64,000 nucleotides of DNA, taken from Alphaproteobacteria bacterium. Lineage in GTDB: Bacteria; Pseudomonadota; Alphaproteobacteria; MPNO01. Both the position numbers and the translations under genes were made by a program. Below the pieces are notes generated by a model, which did no database searches, was not told the DNA's origin, and saw only the letters and a program-made list of their open reading frames with translations. Below, one piece after another: positions 55,909 to 64,000 of this stretch (position 1 is its first letter; each line of letters begins with the position of its first letter). The DNA lies in the NCBI GenBank assembly GCA_965248835.1, contig CBDFLJ010000001.1, positions 672,001-736,000 on the forward strand, in the 5' to 3' direction.

Positions 55909-56844
55909 ATGGCGATCGGTGGGATCGGTCCGGTCTGTGTGCGCGCGATGCTGGTCGTTGTGCTGTGCGCGCCGTTGTTCGCGGGTTGCGGCGAAAGTCC
56001 GAGCGAGATCCTCGCCCGCGAAAAGCTGCGCGTGGGCGCAAAGATCACCGGGCTGGGCGGGATGATCGACGCCGGCAGGCTGCCCAACACCCGGATCATC
56101 AAGACATATGCCGGCGTGATCGGCGCCGAACGGCCGCAGCTTGCCAAGCTGGTGGGCGAGCTGCGCAAGGAGGCGACGACCCAGGGCCTCAACTTCACCA
56201 ACCTCGGCACCAGGCTCAAGGCGGTCAAAGCCACGCCGCGCGGCAAGCAGGAGACCGACCGGGCGCTCGATGCGATCGTCCGCATCGAAGCCGCCGCCGA
56301 TCCGGTGGTGTTCAACGACTCCCTGGTCGATGTGCTCAACGTGCTGGCCGATCTGTCCGGCGGCAAGCTCGCCCGTATGGAGGGGGCCGCGCGCGAGAGG
56401 CCGGCCGCTCAAGGGGCCGGCAGCCATCTGGTAGGCAACCCGACCTATGGACGTTGGCAGCGCGACAACACCGGGCGCAGCTTCTGGGAATGGTACGGCG
56501 CCTACGCGCTGTTTCGCGATGTTTTCTGGCGGCCGGGGCGGTACCACTACAACGACTGGTACCCGCGCCGCGGCTGGAGCTATTACGGCGATGTCGGCCG
56601 CAACTATTACGGCACCCGGACCGACCAGCGCCGTTGGGGCGAGGCGACGCGGCGCCACCCCAACGTGCCGCGCAAGACCTACCGCAACCTGCGCAGCGAG
56701 CGGCGGCTTTCGACCTACGGCCGCTCCGATACCCGCACCGCCGCGAAGACCACGCGCCGCGCCTCGTCCTATTCGGGCTATGGCTCGTCGGTGCGCGGCA
56801 CCAGCTCCGGCGGGTCGCGCTTCGGCGGGCGGCGCGGCAAATGA
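55909..56844 (+). CDS. putative lipoprotein with aromatic-rich domain and Arg/Ser/Gly-rich tail
   Basis: Lipobox LFAG|C; LVGNP.YG.W...SFWEWYG; C-terminus GSSVRGTSSGGSRFGGRRGK. Confidence 0.85.
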   Translation: MAIGGIGPVCVRAMLVVVLCAPLFAGCGESPSEILAREKLRVGAKITGLGGMIDAGRLPNTRIIKTYAGVIGAERPQLAKLVGELRKEATTQGLNFTNLGTRLKAVKATPRGKQETDRALDAIVRIEAAADPVVFNDSLVDVLNVLADLSGGKLARMEGAARERPAAQGAGSHLVGNPTYGRWQRDNTGRSFWEWYGAYALFRDVFWRPGRYHYNDWYPRRGWSYYGDVGRNYYGTRTDQRRWGEATRRHPNVPRKTYRNLRSERRLSTYGRSDTRTAAKTTRRASSYSGYGSSVRGTSSGGSRFGGRRGK

Positions 56845-56867
56845 TCCGATGAGGGGAGCGTCCTGAC

Positions 56868-57761
56868 ATGGTGAGCGCCGATTTCTCCGGGCCGACGCTG
56901 GTCATGCTGGCCTTGGGGGTGGTGATCGTCTTCGCGGTCCTGTTCAGCGTGCGGCTGCTCTATGGCGCGGCCGCCGGGCTCGATACCACCAGCGAGCTTG
57001 CCGGCAAGGACAATTTCGCCTTTGGCATCGGCCTTGCCGGGATGACGCTGGGCGTGGCGATCATGCTGACCGGGGTTGCCGAGGGCGGATATGCCGCCAG
57101 CATCGGCGAGGAAGTCTCGGCCCTGGTCATCTACGCCGCACTCGGGCTGGTGTTGATGTGGCTGACCCGGTTGATCTTCGACCGCGTGTCGATTCCCGCG
57201 TTCTCGGTCAAGGCCGAGATCCAGAACGGCAACGTCCCGATCGCGATCGTCGAAGCGGGCAACGTGCTGGCAACCGCGGTGATGGTCAGTGCCGTCATGC
57301 GGTGGTCCGAAGGATCGCTCGCCGCGGCCCTGACCGCGGTCTTGGCGGGCTATGTGGTCACCCAGGTGATCCTCACCGCCACCACCTATTACCGGGTCTG
57401 GCTGTTCGGGTTGCGCAACGCCGGCAAGCGGTTCCAGAACGTCGTCCAGGAGGGCAATACCGCACTGGCGCTCCGGTTCGCCGGCTTCCAGATGGGGGTG
57501 GCGCTGGCGGTGACCGCCGCGGCCCAGGTCGTCGTCTATGACCCGGCCGGCGATCCGATCGTCCAGGCGCTGATCTGGGGGGCGTGCTCTTTGGTCCTGG
57601 CTGCGGTCCTGATCGTGCTCAGCCTGCTCGCAGAGCGCTTCGTGCTGCGCAGCATCGACGTGTCCGAAGAGGTCGACCGCCAGAGCAATATCGGCGTCGC
57701 GCTGACCGAGGTCGCGGTCTATGCCGGGATCGGGCTGGTGTTCAACGGGCTGCTGGCCTGA
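56868..57761 (+). CDS. DUF350 (YjfL-like) membrane protein with tandem domains
   Basis: Repeated units ELAGKDNFAFGI / EIQNGNVPIAI / VQEGNTALAL / EVDRQSNIGVAL between TM helices. Confidence 0.85.
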   Translation: MVSADFSGPTLVMLALGVVIVFAVLFSVRLLYGAAAGLDTTSELAGKDNFAFGIGLAGMTLGVAIMLTGVAEGGYAASIGEEVSALVIYAALGLVLMWLTRLIFDRVSIPAFSVKAEIQNGNVPIAIVEAGNVLATAVMVSAVMRWSEGSLAAALTAVLAGYVVTQVILTATTYYRVWLFGLRNAGKRFQNVVQEGNTALALRFAGFQMGVALAVTAAAQVVVYDPAGDPIVQALIWGACSLVLAAVLIVLSLLAERFVLRSIDVSEEVDRQSNIGVALTEVAVYAGIGLVFNGLLA

Positions 57762-57784
57762 GCGCGCGCACCACCCGGGCGGCC

Positions 57785-59491
57785 GTGCGCAGCGCGGTCT
57801 TCGACGACATCGCGGTGATCGTGATGACCGGCGTTCTCGCCGGCTGCGGCCTGATCTACGAATACCTCCTGGCCAGCACCGCCGGGCGCATGCTGGGGGC
57901 GGTCGAAACGGTAATCTTCGCGATGATCGGGGTGATGATCGTCGCGATGGGGATCGGTGCGTTCCTGGCGCGGTTCGTGCCCGCGCCGTTCACCGGCTTC
58001 GCCTGGCTGGAGGCGATCATCGCGGTCTTCGGCGGCGCCTCGGTCCTGCTGCTGGGCGCGGTCACCGCCGCGGTCATCCTGCTGCCGCAGGCAATCGCGG
58101 CGACCTACGGCATGCCGCCCGACCTGGTCCCGCGCGGGTCCCTGGTCACGGTGCTGGATGCGGCAGCCGATATCGCGCCCTACGTCCTCGGAGCGCTGCT
58201 CGGCATCATGGTCGGCATGGAGATCCCGCTGCTCGCGCGGATCCGCCAGAGCTTCCACGCCGATGCGCTGATCCACAACACCGGCACGATCTACGGCGCG
58301 GATTATATCGGCGCCGGGATCGGGGCGGCGCTTTGGGTGGCGGTGATGCTGTCGATGGAGCCGGTGCGCGCGGCCTACCTCACCGCCGGCGTCAACCTCG
58401 TCGTCGGCGTCGGCTTTCTCGTCATCTACCGGCGGCGGGTCCGCCGGTTCGCGCTGGTGCTGCTGCTCCATGCGCTGGCCGGGGTGGGGCTGCTGGCGGT
58501 CGCCCAGGGCGGCACCGACTGGGCGCGGGCGATGGAGGACCTGCTCTACCGGGACACGGTGGTCTATTCCACCAACACCGGGCACCAGCGGATCGCGCTC
58601 ACCCGACGGGTGGTCCATGCCGGTACGCCGCCGGTCTGGAGCCTCTACCTCAACGGCCGGTTGCAGTTCGACTCCTCGGACGAGCACGTCTACCACGCCA
58701 TGCTGACCTATCCGGCGCTCGCCGCGGCGGCCCGGCGGCAGCGCATCCTGGTGATCGGCGGCGGCGACGGGCTTGCGGTGCGCGACATCCTGCGCTGGAA
58801 CCCGCGCGCGGTCGTCGTCCTCGACCTCGATCCCGACCTGGTCGACCTGTTCACCCGCCCGCGCTTCGTCGAAGGCGTATTCGTCAACCGCGCGCTGCTT
58901 GCGCTCAACGGCTTCGCCTTCCGCGATCCACGGGTCAGCGTCCGCTTCGGCGATGCCTTCATCGGCGTCGACGCCCTGCTGCGCGACGGCGAGAAATTCG
59001 ATTCGGTGATCGTCGATCTTCCCGATCCCAGCCACCCCGACCTCGCCCGGCTCTACAGCGTGCGCTTTTATCGGAAGCTCGGCCTGCTGCTGGCCGCCGA
59101 CGGGACGATGGCAATCCAGTCGACCTCGCCCTACTTCGCGCGCGCGGCCTTCCTCAGCATCGGCCGGACGGTCGAGGAAGCCGGCTTCGGCCAGGTCGAC
59201 CAGTATGGCCACAATGTCCCCAGCCTCGGCCAGTGGGGCTGGACGGTGGCAACCCGCCGGGGTCCGTCGGCGCGCGAACGGCTGCGCCGGCTCGATTCTC
59301 TTCCGGTCGATGACGGTTTCACCACCCGCGCGCTGCTGCTCGGGGCGTTCGCGTTTCCCAAGGGCTTTTTCGACGGAAGGGCGGACATCGCGCCGAGCCG
59401 GCTGGCCGATGCCGCGGTCTACCGCTATTACCGGCAAGGCTGGGAGCAGGCGACGGGCCTTTCCGCCGCGCCCGGCAAACAGAGGCCTTGA
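57785..59491 (+). CDS. membrane-anchored polyamine aminopropyltransferase (spermidine synthase-like)
   Basis: N-terminal TM region (CGLIYEY, GMEIPL, YGADYIG); catalytic LYLNGRLQF..DE..YH, LVIGGGDG, LDLD, VDLPDP, LYS..FY, QSTSP. Confidence 0.88.
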   Translation: MRSAVFDDIAVIVMTGVLAGCGLIYEYLLASTAGRMLGAVETVIFAMIGVMIVAMGIGAFLARFVPAPFTGFAWLEAIIAVFGGASVLLLGAVTAAVILLPQAIAATYGMPPDLVPRGSLVTVLDAAADIAPYVLGALLGIMVGMEIPLLARIRQSFHADALIHNTGTIYGADYIGAGIGAALWVAVMLSMEPVRAAYLTAGVNLVVGVGFLVIYRRRVRRFALVLLLHALAGVGLLAVAQGGTDWARAMEDLLYRDTVVYSTNTGHQRIALTRRVVHAGTPPVWSLYLNGRLQFDSSDEHVYHAMLTYPALAAAARRQRILVIGGGDGLAVRDILRWNPRAVVVLDLDPDLVDLFTRPRFVEGVFVNRALLALNGFAFRDPRVSVRFGDAFIGVDALLRDGEKFDSVIVDLPDPSHPDLARLYSVRFYRKLGLLLAADGTMAIQSTSPYFARAAFLSIGRTVEEAGFGQVDQYGHNVPSLGQWGWTVATRRGPSARERLRRLDSLPVDDGFTTRALLLGAFAFPKGFFDGRADIAPSRLADAAVYRYYRQGWEQATGLSAAPGKQRP

Positions 59492-59540
59492 AACCGCGCG
59501 CGGACGCCCCATATTGTGACAAGTCACGAGTGACAGTCAC
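59487..59540 (+). promoter_or_regulatory. sigma32 (RpoH)-type promoter followed by GTGAC/GTCAC operator array
   Basis: CTTGAA(59487)-14 nt-CCCCATAT(59507), then GTGAC-AA-GTCAC-GA-GTGAC-A-GTCAC (59516-59540). Confidence 0.7.
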
Positions 59541-59555
59541 GAAACGGAGGCTCTT

Positions 59556-60173
59556 TTGGCCGATGGACCGGCACGAAAGCCGCTCAGCCCCGCCGCCCGC
59601 AAACGCCGCCAGCGTGAGCGTCTGCAGGCCGCCGGGCTCGCCGCGGTCGAGGTCTGGGTGCCGCCGGAGCATCGCGGCGTCGTGCGCCGTTTCGAACGGT
59701 TGCTGCGGCTGGGCATCGTCCCGCCGATGCCGACCGTCCGCGACATTGACCCCAAAGGAGACCGGACCATGGATCTGAACCTGCTGCGTGAAACGCTGGA
59801 CGAGTACACATCGGAGAACGGTTACACGTTCCAGACCAGCACGCCGGATGGCGAGGCCGGCCTGGAGGTCATCGTCGAGGATCGCGACGAATTCCCGATC
59901 CTGCTGTCGGCCGATGAAGAGCAGACGCTGTGCCTGACCTATCTGTGGGACGAGGCCCAGGTGAAGCCCGAAAAGCGCACCGAACTCTTGACCACCTTGC
60001 TGGAGATGAACGTGCCGCTGCCGCTGTCGTCCTTCGGCAAGGTCGCCGACCGCTACGTGATCTTCGGTGCGCTGGCCGCGACCGCTTCGACCGAGGACCT
60101 GGTGACCGAGATCGAGACCCTGAGCGACAACACCCTCGAGGCGCTCGAGGTCGTCGCCCCTTACCTGAACTAG
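59556..60173 (+). CDS. YjfI/DUF2170-like protein with N-terminal basic putative DNA-binding extension
   Basis: C-terminal Q.LC..YLW, N..LPLSSFG, YVIFGAL, EIETL.DN; N-terminal RKRRQRERLQAAGL..VEVWVP; second RBS and ATG at 59769. Confidence 0.85.
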   Translation: MADGPARKPLSPAARKRRQRERLQAAGLAAVEVWVPPEHRGVVRRFERLLRLGIVPPMPTVRDIDPKGDRTMDLNLLRETLDEYTSENGYTFQTSTPDGEAGLEVIVEDRDEFPILLSADEEQTLCLTYLWDEAQVKPEKRTELLTTLLEMNVPLPLSSFGKVADRYVIFGALAATASTEDLVTEIETLSDNTLEALEVVAPYLN

Positions 60174-60195
60174 CCCAAAGCGTGGAGGAAGAACG

Positions 60196-60888
60196 ATGGC
60201 GATTTTGGCAAAGCTTTTCACCGCGATGCGCGGTGCGGCGACCGAGACCGGCGAAGCGGTCGTCGACCACCAGGCGCTGCGGATTCTGGATCAGGAAATG
60301 CGCGACGCGGACAAGGAGCTGGGCGAGGCGAAATCCCAGCTCACCGAGGTGATGGCCCAGAAGCGCGGCGTCGAGCGCGAGGTCGAGAAGCTGCGCGGCC
60401 AGATCTCCGAGCACGAGGACTACGCGATGAAGGCGCTGGATAAGGGCGATGAGAGCCTGGCCGGTGACGTCGCCGAGCGCATCGCCCAGTTCGAGGAGGA
60501 GCTCAACCTGCAGGAGCAGGCGCTCGCCCAGTACGATGCCGGGGTCAACCAGCTCAAGCGCAGCATCAAGGCGACCGAGCGCAACATCGCCGCGATGCGC
60601 CGCCAGGTCAGCATGGTCAAGGCGACCGAGCGGGTCCAGAAGGCGAGCGCGGCCGCCGGCGCACGGTTCTCCGGCAGCAACACCGCGATCTCCTCGGCCA
60701 CCGAGTCGCTGGAGCGCATCAAGAAGCGCCAGCAGCACCGCTCCGATCGCATGGAGGCGGCCAGCCAGCTCACCGCCGACACCGAGGGCGCGGACCTCGA
60801 CAAGCGGCTGCGCGATGCCGGGATCGTCAGTGCCGGCAAGTCGGGCGCCGAGGCGCTCGCGCGGATCCGCGCCAAGCGGGGCGGATGA
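60196..60888 (+). CDS. PspA/IM30 family protein (YjfJ-like)
   Basis: N-terminal amphipathic MAILAKLFTAMRG, DHQALRILDQEMRD, long coiled coil, ESLERIK, L..AGI. Confidence 0.93.
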   Translation: MAILAKLFTAMRGAATETGEAVVDHQALRILDQEMRDADKELGEAKSQLTEVMAQKRGVEREVEKLRGQISEHEDYAMKALDKGDESLAGDVAERIAQFEEELNLQEQALAQYDAGVNQLKRSIKATERNIAAMRRQVSMVKATERVQKASAAAGARFSGSNTAISSATESLERIKKRQQHRSDRMEAASQLTADTEGADLDKRLRDAGIVSAGKSGAEALARIRAKRGG

Positions 60889-61514
60889 TGTTCGGCCGGC
60901 TTTTCGGCGGGCGCGGCAAGGACGCGCCCGCGCCCGCCGCAAGCCATGCCTGCGACCTTGGCCCGGGCGGCTTCCTCAAGCTCGGTTTCGTCGCACCGGA
61001 GGGGCTCGCGCAAGCCGACCTCCAGGTCACCGGCGTCCATGCGGTGGACCTGGGCAGCGCGGTCCGCCGGGTGCTTGCGGTCGAAGCGATGACGCTCGGC
61101 CGTCTGGAGATGTGGCGCGGCGAGCGCGGCACCATCGCGCTTGCCAGACCGGTCGCGCGGCCGGATGTCGAGCGGCTGTTCGACCTCGATGCCTTCGCCC
61201 GGTTGTTCGACCCCGACGAGCCGGCGAACCTGGTGCTCGAGCGCATCGCCGAGCCCGCCGGCTTCGAGGGCTGGACCGCGCCGACCTACCGCCAGGAGGC
61301 CGCCCAGGAGGCCTATCTTCACGACGCCGACCCGGCGGCGGCCGCGATCGGCGCAACGCTCGAAGACGATGTCCGCACGTTCGATTTCTACCGGCTGGTC
61401 TCGGATCGGCGCGGCCACGCGCTGGAGGCCTGCGTCCATGACGGCGGGCGGACCGACGTGGCGCTGGTGGCGCTGTTGCCGGAGACGGTGGTCGAGGAGG
61501 TCTGGTCGGGCTAG
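60885..61514 (+). CDS. YjfK/DUF2491-like protein
   Basis: MFGRLFG amphipathic start; ATGA coupling to pspA-like gene; position matches yjfK; family call is mainly from context. Confidence 0.6.
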   Translation: MMFGRLFGGRGKDAPAPAASHACDLGPGGFLKLGFVAPEGLAQADLQVTGVHAVDLGSAVRRVLAVEAMTLGRLEMWRGERGTIALARPVARPDVERLFDLDAFARLFDPDEPANLVLERIAEPAGFEGWTAPTYRQEAAQEAYLHDADPAAAAIGATLEDDVRTFDFYRLVSDRRGHALEACVHDGGRTDVALVALLPETVVEEVWSG

Positions 61515-61548
61515 AGTCCGGTCCCGACAAGCTGAACCGGCCGGCACG

Positions 61549-62670
61549 GTGTTCGGAGTCCTACTCCGCGTCTTCCGCCGCCGATTGGCGGCCTCGCGCG
61601 GCTCGGATCTCGTCCGGGCGCGGCGCAACCTGCGCGCGCTGGGCCTTTACCTGGCTGCGGTCGGCGTCCTTCACGTCGTGGCGATGATGGTCTTCGAGGG
61701 GTTGAGCCTGGGCGAGGCCGCGTGGCTGACCGCGACCACGGCGACGACCGTCGGCTACGGCGATGCGGCCGCGGCCACCGAAGGGGGGCGCTGGTCGACG
61801 GTAATCCTGATCTATCTCGGCGGGATCTTCGCGCTCGGCAAGGGAGCCGGCGACTATTTCGACTACCGGGCGAGCCGGCGGGCGCTCAAGGAGCGCGGCC
61901 AATGGAGGTGGAACTTGCAGGATCATGTCCTGTTCATCAACGCGCCCTCCGCGGGTGCGGAGACCTATTTCGAGACCCTGCTGCGGCAGTTCCGCGCGAC
62001 CGGCTGGGGTGAGGACCGCGCGGTGCTGATTCTCTCCCCGGCCTGGCCGACAGGCCTGCCGGCGAGCCTGAGCGCGCTGGGGGTGGTTCATGTCGACGGC
62101 CGCGCCGAGACCACGGGCAGGCTGGATGCGGCCGATGCCCGCAGCGCCGCCGCGGTGGTGATCCTGGCCGCCGACGAGAAGGACCCGATCTCCGACGGGG
62201 TCGGCTTCGACATCGTCCACCGCCTGGTCGAGATGGGCGTGCGGGGCCCGATCATCGCCGAATGCGTCGACGATTTGAACCGCGAGCGGTTGCGCAGCGC
62301 CGGCGCCAACACGGTGACCCGGCCGATGCGCGGCTATCCGGAGATGATGGTCCGTGCGCTGGTCGCGCCGGGCTCGGAAGCGATCATCGAGAACCTGTTC
62401 ACCCGCCATGGCGATGAATGTGTCCGCTACGAGATCCCGGTCGCGGGCGTCACCTGGGGCGGGCTGGCGATTGCGCTGCTGCTCGACGGCGCCGGGACGG
62501 CGATCGGCTATGCCCGCGCAGGCGACGGCGCCATCGTGACCAACCCGCTGCCCGAGGAACAGGTCGACGCCTCGGCGCTTTATGTGATCGTCAAGGAAAA
62601 GCACGAGCGGTCCGTTGAGACCATCGCGCGCCTGGTCGCCGCCGCGGTCTCGGCACGGGCCGCCTCGTGA
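61549..62670 (+). CDS. 2TM potassium channel with RCK (TrkA-N-like) domain
   Basis: Two TM helices around the pore TTATTVGYGD; cytosolic Rossmann-like domain (IIAEC...R.RL..AGA); probable GTG start 61549. Confidence 0.9.
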   Translation: MFGVLLRVFRRRLAASRGSDLVRARRNLRALGLYLAAVGVLHVVAMMVFEGLSLGEAAWLTATTATTVGYGDAAAATEGGRWSTVILIYLGGIFALGKGAGDYFDYRASRRALKERGQWRWNLQDHVLFINAPSAGAETYFETLLRQFRATGWGEDRAVLILSPAWPTGLPASLSALGVVHVDGRAETTGRLDAADARSAAAVVILAADEKDPISDGVGFDIVHRLVEMGVRGPIIAECVDDLNRERLRSAGANTVTRPMRGYPEMMVRALVAPGSEAIIENLFTRHGDECVRYEIPVAGVTWGGLAIALLLDGAGTAIGYARAGDGAIVTNPLPEEQVDASALYVIVKEKHERSVETIARLVAAAVSARAAS

Positions 62671-63539
62671 AGATCGTCGTCACCGGGGGCTCGGGCAAGC
62701 TCGGCCATTGGATCGTCCGCGAGCTGGTCTCGGACGCGGGCGGCCAGGCTGCGCACGAGGTCCTGAACTTCGACCGCGCGCCCGACCCGCTGGGCTCGGA
62801 CACCCGGCTGCTCCGCGGCGACATCACCGATCTCGGCCAGGTCGTGGGCGCGCTCGCCGGTGCGGATGCGGTCATCCACGCCGCCGGCATCCCCACTCAT
62901 TCGGTGGCGCCGAACGAGGTGATCTTCGCGACCAACGCCGTGGGAACCTTCAACGTCCACGAGGCGGCCTGGCGGCTCGGCGTCACCCGTGTCGTCACGC
63001 TGAGCAGCGAGGCGGTGCTGGGCTGGGCACCGGGCGCACGGTCGCGCGAGTTCCTGCCGTCCTACCTGCCGATCGACGAGGACCACCCTTGCGGCGCCCA
63101 GGATGCCTATGGCCTGTCGAAGATCGCGGCCGAGGCGGTCGCGCGGTCGTATACCGCCAAGTGCGGCATGGAGACGGTGCTGATCCGCCCGCCCTGGATC
63201 GCCTCGCGGGAGGAGCTGCTGGAAGTCCGCCGCTGTGGCGGGCGCACGGCCACCGAATTCGGCCCCTGCCACTACATCGAAGTCCGCGACCTTGCGGCGG
63301 CACTGCGCAAGGCCGTCGAGCGGCCGATCCAGGGATGCCAGACGATGTTCGTCGGGGCCGGCGAGAGCACCGTCGCCGAGCCGCTGTCGGAACTCTACCC
63401 CCGCCTGCTGCCCGACATCGGCGACATGGCGGCGGGCCTGACGGGCACCGCGGCCTGGGTCAGCACCGCCCGCGCCCGCCGTGTGCTCGACTGGGCGCCG
63501 CGGCGATCCTGGCGCAACGACCCGCAGACATGGGTCTAG
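62667..63539 (+). CDS. NAD-dependent epimerase/dehydratase
   Basis: VTGGSGKLG, HAAG, N..GT.N, YGLSK; GTGA overlap with channel stop. Confidence 0.92.
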   Translation: MKIVVTGGSGKLGHWIVRELVSDAGGQAAHEVLNFDRAPDPLGSDTRLLRGDITDLGQVVGALAGADAVIHAAGIPTHSVAPNEVIFATNAVGTFNVHEAAWRLGVTRVVTLSSEAVLGWAPGARSREFLPSYLPIDEDHPCGAQDAYGLSKIAAEAVARSYTAKCGMETVLIRPPWIASREELLEVRRCGGRTATEFGPCHYIEVRDLAAALRKAVERPIQGCQTMFVGAGESTVAEPLSELYPRLLPDIGDMAAGLTGTAAWVSTARARRVLDWAPRRSWRNDPQTWV

Positions 63540-63575
63540 GACGGGTTGCGATCGCGCCGGGCCGACCGGAATTCG

Positions 63576-63992
63576 CTATGCGCTTGCGGCGTCCGCCGCG
63601 CCCGCGTAGCTGGTCAGGTCGATGTATTCGAGCATCGTGCCGTCGGGGTCGCGGAAATACGCACGCGGGCCGTTGACCACACCGCCCTGGCGGTCCTCCT
63701 CGAAGGTGATCTCGACGCCGTTCGCCCGCAGGTGGTCAAGCGCCGCCCCGTAGGCCGACGAATCGACCATGAAGGAATGATGGACGCCTTCATGGGTGTC
63801 GAGCACCGAGTTGATCGGCCCCTCGCGAGCAACCAGGATCAGGCACACCCCGCCGGCATCGAGGAAACACAACGCGTTGTTGGGGATGGTGAACAGGTGC
63901 TTGCAGCCGACGATGTCGGTGTAGAACGCGCGGCTTCGGTCAATGTCGGTGACCGGGATACTGAAATGGGCGACGCCCAGGATCTCGACCAT
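63576..63992 (-). CDS. VOC (glyoxalase) family protein
   Basis: HFSIPVTD..RS.AFY, HHSF, YFRDPDG..LE. Confidence 0.92.
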   Translation of the reverse strand: MVEILGVAHFSIPVTDIDRSRAFYTDIVGCKHLFTIPNNALCFLDAGGVCLILVAREGPINSVLDTHEGVHHSFMVDSSAYGAALDHLRANGVEITFEEDRQGGVVNGPRAYFRDPDGTMLEYIDLTSYAGAADAASA

Positions 63993-64000
63993 CCGCTCCC

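Overview
High-GC alphaproteobacterial (Rhodospirillales-like) chromosome segment, densely coding. I found no CRISPR array, rRNA, integrase or transposase. 1-25.4 kb is conserved core: gcvT-H-PA-PB, the F0 ATP synthase operon atpI-B-E-F'-F, smc-dsbA-dciA(DUF721)-mutY-ccrM-rnhB, a PA0069-type radical SAM gene with a LexA box, two glycosyltransferases, moaB, a lytic transglycosylase, UDG, ETF-QO, a TPR protein, ispE and tRNA-Gln(UUG). 25.4-55.7 kb is accessory, mostly catabolic: LLM monooxygenase, betaine-type ABC transporter, PhtD-like protein, MFS, bicupin plus orphan EutA-like ATPase, GMC, UbiD, PhyH, an ABC-ATPase/DUF4276(TOPRIM-like) pair, a pyrK-pyrD(1B)-M20 amidohydrolase-pyrC-pyrE operon and frmA. 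55.9-63.5 kb holds a PspA/IM30-centred membrane system: lipoprotein, DUF350, membrane aminopropyltransferase, YjfI-like, PspA, YjfK-like and a K+ channel, with an internal sigma32-type promoter and a GTGAC/GTCAC operator array. The best candidates for undescribed biology are the PspA-polyamine-K+ channel system and its regulation, a putative reductive orotate catabolic operon, the cupin/EutA-like module and the ATPase-TOPRIM defence-like pair. All family calls come from motif recognition by eye; no searches were run.
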